Part shown: positions 11,969 through 26,000 of the stretch, one piece after another
Numbering within the stretch: the stretch's first letter is position 1
How the letters are laid out: each line of letters starts with the position of its first letter
Origin: Paragordius varius
Taxonomy: Eukaryota; Animalia; Nematomorpha
DNA length: 64,000 nt
Direction of reading: 5' to 3'
Assembly: GCA_964247055.1 (NCBI GenBank)
Contig: OZ176056.1
Span: 5,084,001-5,148,000, forward strand
Translations under genes and position numbers: made by a program
Notes under the pieces: generated by a model
What the model saw: only the letters and a program-made list of their open reading frames with translations
The model's database searches: none
Told to the model about the DNA's origin: nothing

Positions 11969-14405
11969 CAGTGATACTCAAACCGCGGCCCGCGGACCGC
12001 ATGCGGCCCTAAGAGTGCTCTAAAATTGCCCTATGACCATATTGATACTTATATTATTTTTTTAACACATAAAAGAGTTTTTGATTATTTTAATATTAAT
12101 TTATTTTCTTTAGATTTAATATTGGTAGTTTACCCAATTCGAAATGTAGAAAAATTTCCCTACATTGATAATTTCAAAATTTTGGCACACGTTGTTTCTG
12201 TTTCTGTATTCTATTTTCTTTTCTATTTTGAAACTTTTATTGCCTTCCTTTTTTGATTTAAGCAAGCCTTTCACCCAAACTTGCATAAACATAATCTTTT
12301 CATAGCTATCCTGCCTCATTTTTTATAATACATTCCCAGATAATATTTTTCAAATAAACATCATTAAATTTCAACTTGTTTTTTATAGCGTAATTCAAAT
12401 TATATTTCTATTTTTGGAAAAAATTTACATAATAAACATAAATTCATAGGATACATCTAATGCTAAAAAACGTAAATTATCCGATGAAAAGCCCTTTAAA
12501 AAGAATGAGAAGATAAATTCTTTGTCGACCTGCCTTATATGTAAGGACAACATAATTATGAAAAAAATACAATAAAAAAATTTTACAATCCATTTTTCTC
12601 ATAAATTACCAGAAAATCATGAGGAAAGACGAAAAATATAAAAAGATTAAGGAATTATACCAGAAAGGAAAATCTATTATGTCCATAGCTTTCTTCCAAG
12701 AAAAAGTTGTATAATTGGCTTCGTATGAAATTTGTTATATTTTAGGAAAAATTATAAAGCCCTTTACTGATTCCCAACTAAAAGAATGTCTAATAAATGG
12801 TTGCACTTTTTTATTTGATAAATTCCATATAAAGATCAAATCATGAGACAAATTAAAAAACTTCAACTTTCTCCAACATGTGCTTGACGCATTGAAGATA
12901 TGTCTAAATATATTTTTAACAATACATTATTGACTCTGAAAAACTGCAAATATTTTAATAATGCTATTGATTCTAGTACTGATATTAGTACAACACTTCA
13001 ATGTGCGCTCTTCGTAAGATTTTGCAACGACAACATATCAATGATAAATATTTAAAATTTTTACCAATGAATAATACCACGAAAGGAAATGATTTTTCCG
13101 AAATAATTAACACTTTTTTCGATAATAATGGTATATCTATAAAAAATTGGTTTCGACCTGCACTGGCTGTCCCTCTATGATTGGAGTAACCAAAGGATTT
13201 ATTCCTCTTTTGAAAAACAAATATAATTTACAAAATATTTTATCCTTTCACTGCTTTATTCGCCAAACTTGGTTTCGCGTGTAAAAGATGAATCATTCAA
13301 TAGTAATTAAAACGATTTTGGATATTGTTAACCACATCCGTGGCAGAGAATTCAACCGCCGTAAATTCAAAAACCTTCTGAAAGATATCCTAAGTGAGTT
13401 TGATTATGTTCTTTTGTACACCGCTGTGAGATGGCTAAGCCTTAGCAAAGTATTAAATAAATTATTGTTTTAAGACATGAAATTCTATTATTTATAAAAG
13501 ATAAAAGAAAGTTTGATGAGGAAATTAATAGTGCCATGTGGAGGGTATTTTAGCCTACCGCGACATTACTTATAAACTTTTTTAATACTTCGTCAAGGAA
13601 GCAAAATAATAACCCAATTTGCTAATGAAATTTTAAAAATTAATAATATAAACTAGATTTCATAAATTAAACATTCCTATATTTTCCAACACTTAAAACG
13701 ATTCATGAAGAAAATATGGAATTTACCGCGGAATTTCTAGATCAACTATCATATTTCTCTAATGAGATATAATTCAGATTTCAAAAATGAAGATATATTA
13801 AAAATTGATTAAAACTCGTAGAAAATCCATGGCATATGGATATATTCAATATTAAACAACTTGAGCATTTCGGTTTTGATCAGGCGCATATCATTGAAGA
13901 CTTAGTAGGTTTTAAAAATTCCAATTTGGATATTTAAAGAGAATCGTAGAGAAGAAAGATATGTAGAGTTTTGGCAAGATGTGCCAAATAATTATAAAAA
14001 TATAAAAAATGTGCTCAAATCCAAACTCTTTTTCCCTCAACTTATACGTGTAAGACGTCATATTCAAAAATAAAATATGTTAAGAATACATACAGAAACC
14101 GCTTAACCGATGATCTTATGCACGACGTATTAAGATTGGCCAGTCATGAGGTGAAACCAAATTTGTCAACAAATATTGGTATCGAAATAAAAATTGTCTT
14201 CAAAATATTTTAATTTTTTAAACTAAATGGTAAACCAGTTTTTGGCTGGATTTACATGCGATCTACAAAAAATTCATTTGATTTAGAGTATAAATATGTG
14301 TATATGTGTTAAATAGCTATGGAATATGCCATTATAAAATTCATGGCCCTCGAAAAAAAAATATATTTTATTTGGCCCGTCAAATTTTTTTGGTGAGAAC
14401 CACTG
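11969..14405 (+). mobile_element. hAT (Charlie-like) DNA transposon, full length, decayed transposase
   Basis: TIRs CAGTGATACTCAAAC / GGTGAGAACCACTG; perfect 8-bp TSD ATTTAATG (11961-11968, 14406-14413); transposase remnants ASYEICYILGKIIKPFTD and LLYTAVRWLS (ORF 13288-13473). Confidence 0.92.
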
Positions 14406-17088
14406 ATTTAATGTTTGATATTGCATACACAAATAAATGGTTGTTAGGCAATTTATAAATCATCACTGTCGGTCAGGTGAATGTTAAGGCTTTCACATGT
14501 CTGGATACAGTTTTAGTCCTCCCTTTGATAAAAAATGGAAAAAAAGAGACTTAACTGTTATTGTAAATTAGAATTTTTAATATATTATATTATAAATATA
14601 TATATATATTAAAAATAAGGTTAATTTTGCAATACTTACCTATATAAGGGCATTATACTATTAGATAATCTACAACAGATTTTGGTCCTTATTACTAAAG
14701 TCATATCAAAGGTCAATGTCGAGTATGTTATTATTGGACAATTGATAAGTAGGGCTATTTAGGCAGCCCGATTTCGTAGATAATTCAACAAGTAGGGATC
14801 TTCGTGTCATCTTGTTTCAGACATGGTAAATTGAGCTTTCTAACATTATATTTTCTAAAATTGTTTCTAAATAAACAAAAATATCCGCGATAAAAAGCGA
14901 CCTTTTTTAGTGTTTTTATAGTTTTAAAAACTTTCTATGATTTTGTTTTAAATAACAATTTAGGAAATATTTCCGTTTACCCATGAATTAGACCCAGAGC
15001 AACTAAATAAAGGATTGATGTTGGCTAGTTTCGTGATAGTCTTAGGACGAAGAGAATTTAATGACGAACTTTTAATTCCAAAACGGTTACAATATATTTT
15101 TCGAAAATCTTAATTTTTTTTGAGTTATCATATAAGCAAATTATACGTAAAATGGCCATGAAAACAAACAATATAATTGTTTAACCGGTTTAAACGTAAC
15201 TCTAGTTCACTTATCAATATTGATTTATAAAATATATTTGATGTTCATATGTTAAAAAATACTTTAAGCTGTGTAGTTCATTTGGTATAATAAAAATATT
15301 GATAGATAATCAATATATATAATCTTATTTAATACCTCAAAATGGAGTTATGAAAAAAATATTTTAAATTCAAGAAGAAAATAATAAAGTTGCAATTGAG
15401 GGGGAAAAAGCTGCCCTAAATTTGGAAAGAAAAAATATATTTTTTTTGGAATTAGATCTTTCTTATAATATTAATTTTAAATTTAAAGAATTTTAACATA
15501 ATTGGTGGGATTAAGCAAGCAACATATATAATTTTGAAAGAGAATTAACATAAAATTAACAATGCTTACACATTAGTGATTTGGAGCAAATATTTGAAGG
15601 TAGTTTCATAAATGATCTGAACATGAGGTTAAAAGGTTGACGCTTGAAGATGAAGTGGAGAGATATCAATAAGGATAAAAAACAGTTGGTTAGATTTGAT
15701 CAAGATTGAAGGTCATGACCACTCATAATTGGGTTATTATGCATTATTTAAAATAATTAACTTTTAATTACCTATTTTTTAATAAAATTAAATATTTTTA
15801 AAATCCGGCGCACCTTCAACTATGGCGTCCCGTGCACCCCCATCAAAGGTTCTATTTTATAATTTCAGAGGAAGCATCCTTGTGCTCCTATAATTCTCGA
15901 ACGTCAGAACACACATATTGTTTTTTATATTGGAAATAAAGCTTCCTGAGTGTTTATGAAAATTTAGCCTTTTTGCTTAAAAGGGAATTTTGGATTTTGA
16001 CAAATTTATCTTATATGTATTCAAAAATGTTTCGATTGTTTTTGGAATAGGTTAGCCTCTCCCAAAATTTATTATAATGATATTTTTCTGCATTGCACTG
16101 TCAACATGTTTAACCTAAGATTTTAATTTTAAGTAAAGTATCTAGGTCTCGGGACCCTTGTATACATGATTTTTTAAATTTTTGTCTTTATTGGCAAAAA
16201 AAGTTTCGATTTTTTGACTTCAGTGTCTACCTCTCGCACAATTTATTATAATTATGGTTTCTATTCTTATTCTCTTGGAATTGGAGCCTACAATTTAGTA
16301 ATAACTTTAATTTTCTTTTAATTTTTCTGGATATTATTATACGAGGCCGATGGTCATTAACATCTAGAATATTTAATTTATCGGAGGTCATTTAAGGAAT
16401 AAAATTTATAAAAGGCATTGAGCAGCTTTCAGCTTAAATTAACGTTTTAACAAGTTGGCGTGCTCTTAATAATGCAATTTCATTTGTTTGAATATGTAAA
16501 CCCAAACAACTCCTACTGAGAAAAAGATTAAAGTGGTCATAGATAAAGCAAGTTTGTGGTCCAAAAATTCTATTAATTTGTTTCCATAAAATTTCTTCAG
16601 AGAAAAAAACAGCTGTGGCACTTGCCTAATTCTTATGGCGGCATTAGAGTTAGTTAAGGTATTGATCCTATTTTTGTTTCAGCATTATATTGTATAATGG
16701 GGCTGAGCATGCTCGATAAATTTCTATATAGGAAGAATATTAGTAGTTACATACCTAATCAGATTATGTTACAATGGATGAGTTTTATAAATTTCATTTA
16801 TACTTTCATTGATAAGATTTGGTTTTATTTAAGAACGGAGCAAAATATTTATGTTTTATACCTGCTTCATATCTTTGTGTTCAAAATAATATAGAATATA
16901 ATTATTTAATCGATAACGGAGCTCTCAAGTGTATTTCTAAATAATGGGAGCAAAGAATTTTCTTATTGAATTTCGGGAACACCAAATTCATGTATGTGAC
17001 ATATTTGTTAAAGTAATCCAGGCATATTTTGGGAAAACAATTATAAAATTTTTCTGGTAATTTAATATCTCAATTTTATATTTTAAAT

Positions 17089-17381
17089 TTGTTGTTGTTG
17101 TTGTTGAGCTTGTAGTCGGTTATCGACCATTAGCGATTTTGTAGGAAAACTTCCTCCATTCGGTTCTGTCGTGAGCTTTTTGAGATAGTTTTTGCAGTGA
17201 CAATTTGGAAAGTGATAAGATTTCGTCTACCCAGCGAATACGTCTGCGGCCTCTTCCTCTCTTACCATTTACTTTTCCTAACATAATATCCTTTTCCAAA
17301 GAATTGCCCCGAATAATGTGTCCAAAGTAACCGAATTTTTGTTTCACAAACAACGCTTCGGGGTAAAATAATAAAACAAAA
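17089..17381 (-). mobile_element. 5'-truncated RTE-clade LINE, 3' end with (CAA)n tail
   Basis: ORF 17120-17353 FGYFGHIIRGNSLEKDIMLGKVNGKRGRGRRRIRWVD..DRTEWR is the typical RTE C-terminus; (CAA)n tail at 17089-17106; candidate TSD TTTTAAATTTG at 17081-17091 and 17382-17392. Confidence 0.85.
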
Positions 17382-17997
17382 TTTTAAATTTGAGTGCTAT
17401 TAAAAAAGATGTATAACACTGATCGTGCCACCTGGTCACACCTCCCTAGAAGAAAGCACATCAAGCTTCAACAATCTATGTCTATATCCCTGAGTGCTTT
17501 TAAAGAAATACATGAAAATAAACTCTTTAATGGCAGCTCTATCTCCACATTACTCCGACTCAAAGTTGAAAGTAATAAAGAGCACAGTTAGACCTAAGAT
17601 TAAATGGCTTGGTTGTGGACTGTAAGTTAATTTTGGAATTTCATTGGCAATGGATATAGGTATATTTTAAATTTTATTTTTAGATCAATTTTTAAGTTTA
17701 TATTTGTGAATATTTATATTAGATTTATTAACTGCAAGCGCTTAAAACAATAATAGTCTATATTTTCGATTTTATTAATATATATATATATATATATAAC
17801 GGCAAACTAGTACAGATACATTCATTTTTATAGCTAAATATGGGCCCCCTGAGATGAAGTTATCATATAATTTTCCATTTTACACATTTCTTTCGTATAA
17901 ATCAGGGCCTAAAAGGAGTATATTTTACAATGACCCAATATATATTTTTCGAATTTATAATCGCTCTGGGGCACAAAGCTACCTAATGAGGCAATTA

Positions 17998-18223
17998 CAG
18001 TCATGTATCCTTTATTTTATCAAAAATTTATTTTGTTTCGTTAAATGGGTATATATGTTTTTTAAAGAATGGAAAAAACAAGTGCTCTATCGTATTAACA
18101 ATATCATATTCATAAAAAAATAAGAATTACCATAGACCTCTTGTTTTTTCCATTCTTTAACAAACATTTATACCCATTTAACGAAAGAAAATAAATTTTT
18201 GATAAAATAAAGGCTACATGACT
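17998..18223. mobile_element. Tc1/mariner-type MITE, 226 bp hairpin
   Basis: TA|CAGTCATG...CATGACTG|TA; about 95-bp imperfect TIRs; TA duplication. Confidence 0.8.
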
Positions 18224-18379
18224 GTAAGTGTTTAAATATTTGGTTCAAAAAATTTTTGGGTGATGGAATACCTATGGGATACCCAAACATAGTTATACTT
18301 ATCTGAATACTACGTATAGAGCAGTATTATATATAGTATTTATTATTCAATACACAATTTAAATGAACATTGTAAATTC

Positions 18380-18620
18380 AAGATGTGCATATTAATCTAA
18401 TGATGTTTGAATCCATTGCTTGCTAGTGGGTATATGATCGATTACTAACCAGTGATAAACTTTGGTACTAAACATAAATAAAAAATTATTGTTACATAAT
18501 TTAAAAAATAATAACGTAATTTTTATGATTAAAAATCACCCTAATAAAAATTTAATTTTGGCTAGAGACCAGTACTAAATCAAGCGAAAAAAATAAGAAT
18601 TTTACAAATAAAAGAAAAAA
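18380..18620 (-). repeat. Interspersed repeat family B
   Basis: Reverse complement matches 10760-11010. Confidence 0.65.
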
Positions 18621-19507
18621 TTTAGCAATGACCTTTTGTTTCCACCAATAATAGATTTAATATGATAAAAATAATTAAAAATAAAATATAGATTGTTATT
18701 TTTTGCCTCCTTTAAGCCACTAAATTTAGCCAAAATTAAATATTAATGCATTTTATGCTATTAAAATTTAATATGGAGTCATAATCTAGTATATGTGAAA
18801 GATTATTATCGCGTATTCTCGGCATTTTTGCTTCCATAGAAAACTTTATTTTAGTGATGGTCTTCCAAACATATGAGACTTTCGATGGCATAATGGCTAA
18901 ATAGATAGATAATGCTTCACTTTTTTATTATAGCCTATGGTAAATATTATATAATTTTTTTCAAATAAACTCACTTAATTTTAATTTGACATAACTAAAC
19001 GTTCATTTTGCATGTTTGGATATGATACATTTATGAAAAAGGTGGAATTTTTTTATATTTATTATCAGAAAATCAAAAGGTCCATTAATCTAGCAATCAT
19101 TATATATTGATTAACCGGTTATTTTTGTTGTCAAAAAATTTGAAAAGTTTCTAGAACAAAAATATTCAAAATATGCAAATATTAATATTTAGCGCGCTAT
19201 CTTAAAACTTGTTTTGCTACAATGTATAAATAATAATGCTTTATGATAAATCACGGTGAACATTTATACGTTTTGGGAGTTAAATAAATTTTTACCTCAA
19301 ATTATCAACGTATTTTAATTTTAATGGAGCATGTTTTAACAAATTTGAAAAATTATTTTGGTTCACTACATTGAATGATATTGAATTAAAACTAGCTATT
19401 TTAAAAAAATATCAAATTAATGTGAGCGGATTTATTTTTAAATTTTGGCTTATAATGAATAGTGCACTTTTTTGAGACAACCTTGTTAAAACATATTTAT
19501 CCAATCC

Positions 19508-19847
19508 TCATACTTTGACTAATGATAAAATTCCGTTTAATGACAAAACCAGATAAAAATATATGTATTACAGCATCTACATTCCGGGCAAGGGTTTCCT
19601 GGTGTGTATTGCTTGTAGCATGGAAAGATGCAGGGCAATAATTTTCTGTCACAATTCACGGCTATAGGTAAAATATAAGATTTAATTTCGCCCTAATTTT
19701 TCATTAAACATGATAGTTCAATTTTAGATTTTTATTACAGAAAATTAAGATAAAATTACCTCTTTGGGGTGGAAATTGTGATTGAGCTTTTAGGATCATT
19801 ACAGCAAACAAATAAACAGAAATTACCGAAAACAATTTCAATAACAT
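19508..19847 (-). CDS. Secreted cysteine-rich peptide, antistasin-like 6-Cys motif, copy B (62 aa)
   Basis: Exons 19847-19760, 19661-19572, 19518-19508: MLLKLFSVISVYLFAVMILKAQS-QFPPQRAVNCDRKLLPCIFPCYKQYTPGNPCPECRCFKV*. Same intron positions and phases as copy A. Exon 3 is tentative. Confidence 0.8.
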
Positions 19848-20989
19848 CTTGCGATAATAACACAAAATTTGGAAAATAAAATTTTAAATTTATTTAGCTA
19901 AAATTTTACAAGTAGAATTAAAGGTTAATTAATTTATGCCGATAAATCACTACATCCAATTGGATGTCAATTATCATTTTGTTATCAATTTTATTACTAC
20001 CAACCCGGGGTTAAATTTTTTGAATGTAATGAATATATTTATTTTATTATTTCACCCAAAAAGTTTTACAAAAAATAATAACATTAATAGAGATACTTAT
20101 GTGTATTTATGATTATTTTATTAATAATATCAACTAATGTTTTTTTAGCTTCTTTAATTATATAATTGAGAAAATACTCATTTTACTATATAGCCACACA
20201 CTAGGTTGATTATTATGTCAGAAAAAATGGGAATCAAAAAATCAAGGTTAATGAATCATATATCGTTCAGTCAGTATATAAAAGTTACATAATAAATTAA
20301 ATGATATGAGCGGTTAAAATAAAAAAGTTATTTAACTTTTTATTGGCCAAAATTATAATCGCATTTTTACCATCGCACACTAGGTTAAATAAAATTAAAT
20401 ACAATAGATGAAAATGGGTCAACTAAATTCGTTTAAAGTTGCATAAGGATCATTCTAAACCTAAAATATTATTAATTAAGATTATAAATATTTACGGAGG
20501 CTCCCAAAATGACTTACAAAAATATAAGCTAAAAAACCACACTTTGTTGTCAAATTTGAATTATAAAAACTTGTTAATAAAGATTTTAATTCTTATTGGA
20601 GCAATCATATATTTAATTCTATAATAGAGTTTACCCAATATATCGTCTTCAAAACAATTAGATAATAAGGAATTTTTTGATTTGCAGCAAAGCGGAAGTT
20701 GCGTTCTTCAAAACATAAAATATAATAAATAAATATAGCCATATTATAAATACCTTTTCTATACAATTCAATTTTAAATAAATAATATCGACTCAGTTTT
20801 TTGATTTGAAGACCATGCCCTAAGACGGAAGAGCCAAAAGGTCCAAAAATATTTTAATACAATAAATAGAGTGGTTTTTGGCGATACTATTTGTGAGTTT
20901 TTTCTAGCTTTTTAGCAAACATGTTTTTATGAAGGATTAATCATCTATCGTATCTACACAGTGCATTTACTGGAGGGTTAAGATAAAAT

Positions 20990-21140
20990 CCAGTGTGGTT
21001 GCAAAACCGCGAAGGTTTTATATTTTAAACCGGAACCGGGGTAATTTCTGAGCAAGGTGGAACTGGAGCGGAATTGGCTCCTAAAAAATTAAACGATATC
21101 AAAACCGATTACAATTTGGAACCGGTTGTATTTCGGTTTC
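20990..21140 (+). mobile_element. Fragment of the GGAACCGG-rich hAT MITE family
   Basis: Clustered AACCGG/GGAAC motifs similar to the left arm of 26622-27494. Confidence 0.45.
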
Positions 21141-21328
21141 TGACTTTTCATTAAATAGTTTTCATACAAACTTTTTGGTATAATAATAATGTAAATCAAA
21201 ATATAGAGTATATTTAAATTAATTTTTATAAAATAGCCAATATGCAAGGTCACACACTAAGATTAAACTAAGCAATTCTGTCAGTGTTGAGAGATACTTG
21301 TGGCCAACCCTTTTTCAGTTTGGGTAAG

Positions 21329-22626
21329 TGTTACATGCAAATTTTAAATATATATTTGGTTTTATTATAATTTTCTGTGAGATTTGTATTGTCTTATTTT
21401 TATATTTTTTTGTACTATGTAAATATTTTATCCTTTGTTTATTGAAATTTTCTTGTTATAATGCAAATTATGTTCACCTAAAAATATATATAAAACATAA
21501 AAAACCGAATAAATATCATTTCAAGTTTTTAGTTGTATACCTTTGTTACCCTTCCGAACACTAACATCTGGTAGCCAAGCGAATCCGAACTAATCTAATA
21601 TAGCAGTGGAGCTCCCACCGAGTTCCAAACTCGGATGGTGGATATAGAGTCCAAAGTGCAATAACCATATCAATGTCAATTGCCAATATCACCAACATGT
21701 CCATCAAATATAATAATACCAAAATATAACAATGGTAATAATTTTAATCGATCACAACAATCAAAACCTCGGACACATTCGCGCAAGGGAGTTATCATGG
21801 GCCAAGCAAATGTCCCGCTTGGAACCGCAATGGCAAATGCGGAAAACCCACCACTTCGCCAATGTAGATCAACAAAAAAACACTGCCAAAAATATCTTAA
21901 ACCGCCAAATTCATAGACAAACAATGGCAACCGCCAGCGCACAAGCGAACAGGCTAAGAATCTAACTCTAGAATCACCATCAACAAATGGCTGCGGAGGA
22001 CTTCCACATCATTCAACATTTGATGGATGGGTAAGTAAGATTGGGGCGGACCTTTTAATAAGATTGATCTGTAAGACGCCTCCCTCCCCAGGCCGATTAA
22101 GAGTCGCTACACCCTCTATGATTTAAACGCAAAGAGAATGTTTCCATTACAATGTTTCCGTTACAAAAGGATACCGTTCAGATTCCCCACAGCGCCGATG
22201 ATATTTCAGTGCGACTGGACCAGTTTAACAAGAAATGGTCCAGGATGGCGTGAGGCATAGATCAAATGATTCGTCGACACACACAACACATGATGTTATC
22301 TTTCAAACTATGGTAACTTATGCAAATATTTGTTGACACACCCAACACATGATCTTATCTTTAAACTAGTATTATTTCTCCTAAAGGTGAAGTGATGTTA
22401 CATGCAAATTTTAAATATATTGTTTGTATATTATAATTTTCTGTGAGATTTGAATTGTCTTATTTTTATATTTTTTGTACTATGTAAATATTATATCCTT
22501 TGTTGCTCAAAATTTTATTGTTATAATGCAAAATATGTTCACCTAAAAATAGTATATATAAAGCACAAAAAAACCGAATAAATATCATTTCATGTTTATG
22601 TTTAATACCTTTGTTACCTTCTAACA
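21329..22626 (+). mobile_element. Non-autonomous mini LTR retrotransposon (1.3 kb)
   Basis: Direct repeats 21329-21566 and 22396-22626 (TGTTAC...AACA); PBS-like TGGTAGCCAAGCG at 21569; purine tract AAAGGTGAAGTGA before the 3' LTR; 5-bp TSD GTAAG/GTGAG with one mismatch; interior has Asn-rich and His/Cys gag-like remnants and no pol. Confidence 0.85.
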
Positions 22627-23409
22627 GTGAGAAATATATATGGTACTCAGCAAAAAATACGGCCCCTTTTAAATATTTTTTCACAGTGAGGGCCACAATC
22701 TATATCAATTGAAACTTGGTAATTAAACATATGCAAATTAAATTTAGTAAATTATACAAAATGGTGAGATTTTAATTCATATTCTTTACATACATATATT
22801 ATGTTGGGAGATACAATTATTTTACTACTTTTGTAAAATCTATGGCCAGAAAAAATCATGTTGAACGGTCTCATGCCGTCCGAGGCCGCCGTTAAATTCT
22901 TTAAAAGTAGAAAAGGCACAACCTGAATCTAATGTATTTCTTTAATCATAATGAGGCTTCAATATATAATAGTTTTTTACTAGAAGTTTATTTTACTAAT
23001 TAATAAGGTAAATCCTTAGAATCTTAATAAGCAGATATTTCTGTGGATGTTTAAGTGTTAATGATAGACATTCAGAAAAATATTTTCAAGAATTTTCAAG
23101 ATGGTAGTTTTACATTTCAATCGGATATGACAAAAATGCTTAAAGCAAAAAAATTATTTAAACCTCATATTTTAAATATGTCAATGGGAAACCTGAATCA
23201 AATAAATTTAAACAAACTGTTGTACCATAATTAAAATTATAGAGAAGAAAAGTGACCTAAAATTATAAACAAAGAAAAGTTTAAGCATCTCCCATGATAA
23301 TTTAGTCAGACCTAAACAAAAGACAGTAATAATAGACTTTCAGTTATCGTTGGTTAAAAATTTTTCATAATAATTATATCAAGCTGATGGCTATTTTTTA
23401 GGTTAAGAA

Positions 23410-23620
23410 ACGGGACCGGAACCACTAGTGGGAATTCGGTACCTAAGATTTTAAGGCGAATCCGTTTAGTTGCAACCACCCGGTTCTAGCTCTACTTCCT
23501 CATCAAACCATACCGAGGTTATGAAAATTTATAACCGGTTCTATTTTTAAATTCTTTATGGCAAACACGTTACGGTTCTAAGCGCCCAGGAACCGGCTCG
23601 TTCCATTCTCGAAAGAAGTG
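23410..23620 (-). mobile_element. Fragment of the GGAACCGG-rich hAT MITE family
   Basis: Reverse complement resembles the left arm of 26622-27494 (GAACCGG motifs, TTTAAAAATAGAACCG). Confidence 0.5.
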
Positions 23621-24199
23621 GTTACCATATGTTTTTATTTTTACATTTTTTTGGTTATGATTTTGAATATTACTTCGGTTTGGTTTCTAATGTTTTGGTT
23701 TTGATTTCGAGTCAGTATTTTATAAAATTTATATATAAATAATGACTTATATTATTTTATATGATGTTTAAATATTAATCGCGTGACAACCATGGAAAAT
23801 TTCAAATTTTAAACAGCCTCATGATTGCAAGCCTTATGCAAGGCTTACTCGAATGTCGAAATTAAACTGTCATCATATGCAATGATTTAAGCCTAAGAAT
23901 AAGATTAATTTGATTAATAGTAGAATCATTAAGCAAAGTTATCTGGGGGTGGAAAATATCATTTTTAATAAATTTTTTTCAAACTCATTTATTAATTTGA
24001 TTTTATAAGTTTCTTAAATACTAATTCAAACTCAAGGTATTTAAATGTTAGGTTATCGCAAAAAACAGTCGACCTCTACGAGCAAAGGACAAATAAAATT
24101 ATAATGAACGAATTGAAAATAAAATGATTTACGAATGCCTCAATAAATGAAAATCATTTTTGAATTGAATTGAAATAGATGTTAAAAAATTATTTGGAC

Positions 24200-24700
24200 G
24201 AAAAAAAGTGTGGCTTTCACCTTCTAGGCTCATCAACACGGGCGTTTCGGCTAGTATGGGCTCTGTGTTTGGGAGAAACATGGCTGTATTGTGTATTTAA
24301 AACTTTGAATAGAACCGTTATCAACAAATATGTAATTCAAACGATTAATTGATAAACTATCGGAATGGGCCAAGAGACAGTTATAAATGAATTCGCTACA
24401 TGATAATTTTCAGTTTTACACAGAAAATCAAAGAAAGACATTTCAATGAGTTCTGTTGTATCCGCTAAACGGCTTTCTTAAAAAATTCAAAGCGCAAGAG
24501 TCGTGTTTACTTCACCAACTTGATGTATCTATACCTGTAACAAATCCCTTCAGCAACAACTCGATGTCTAGTGGAACTGGACCGATATTGTGTGGACTTT
24601 TAAAACCGTTTATAATAAGGCTAATGCTAACATAATTAATCGAAAAACCACCGGAATAGGTCCGAATACAGAAATGTTTTATTTACAATATTTTTCTCAC
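24200..24700 (-). mobile_element. Possible decayed retroelement integrase fragment
   Basis: Broken frames give GPVP..LLL..VTGIDTSSW and YIFVDNGS, resembling the rve core; heavily degraded. Confidence 0.35.
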
Positions 24701-25500
24701 ACAGCAAATCAGTAAGACACTTTGACTTTGATGGGATTTTTCGCATCTGCAACACCCTCCAACTAAATTTTCATAAACACATTGTTTAAAATAGCAAAAT
24801 AAGATATAGTGATACAGATTGAAACACTCGTCTTAATAGGATTTGTTTAAAAAAGTACGGTTATTTTAAAATCTTTATATTTTAATGTTTATCCGTATAT
24901 CCTAAATTTATACTGTAGTGTTTATAAATAAAAATAAAGTTGATCTGAAAGTAAATAATATTCTATAAATAAATAAATTAAATTATAGGCAAATTTAAAT
25001 AAGCATACCATAAAATGTTGATATAAAATGTAATTTTTTTACTAATATGCAAAAAATTTACTAATCATTAGGTTATAATTAATAATTATTATATAATTAG
25101 TTGTCATAAAATATATGTGTCTTAATTAAAAAATTGTTGCTTTTGGTTGAAAAAGTGTTGCATTTGTGAATAAATGTTCCGAAATTCTGAAAATAATCAT
25201 ATAACTAACGAATTAAATAGTGATAATTTATTTAAACCATAAATATACACATAACAAAATAAAATATTAAAAGTTTTTATATCGCAATTAAGATAAAGAA
25301 TTTTTTTGGAAAGCAGTAATCTTGGATGAAAGAGTATATATTTATTACATTCAAAAAAATTTACCCCATGTCGACATTAATAAAATTGATAACAAATGAT
25401 TATTGACAAAGGATTTTTTGGAATAAATTAATTAATCTTTAAGCATGTAACTATATAAATAGATTTAAAACATTAATAATTTTTTATATTTCTGTGTTAA

Positions 25501-25987
25501 CACTTGGAAACAACACATTCATTTTTCCGATTCAAAATGGGTTAGTTGATACCCCAGGCCTGTTTGTAATTAAATAATTAAATAAATATTCAATGAATTT
25601 AAATTATGGCAAACATATGCAGGCTTATAAATTAATGACCTGATATATAAAAAATTTGATCTAAATATAGTTGATATTAGGTAAAACCTTAAAAAATATA
25701 GTTAATATAGCTAAATTCAAAAATAATAGGAAATAAACCACTTTTATTGTTTCTATTAATGTTAGATGTGATTTAGTTGAATAATTAGTAAACGTGATTT
25801 TTTGCAAAAATGTTGCAAGATAAAAATGGCGTCTAACTTTTTTTCAAAACAAAATTTTATTTAGATATTTCAGCTATATAATTTTGATTAGGATAGAAGC
25901 ATAATGAATTGGGACCGTTTCTTTCAATAGTTTTTAAAAATTTAAACCTAAATTTAATTTAGTATTTACCCAATTTAAATCGAAGTG
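25501..25987. mobile_element. piggyBac-type MITE, copy 1
   Basis: TTAA|CACTT...AAGTG|TTTA termini; colinear in reverse with 58038-58578; ends 13 bp before the mutated start codon of peptide copy C. Confidence 0.75.
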
Positions 25988-26000
25988 TTTATATCCAAAG

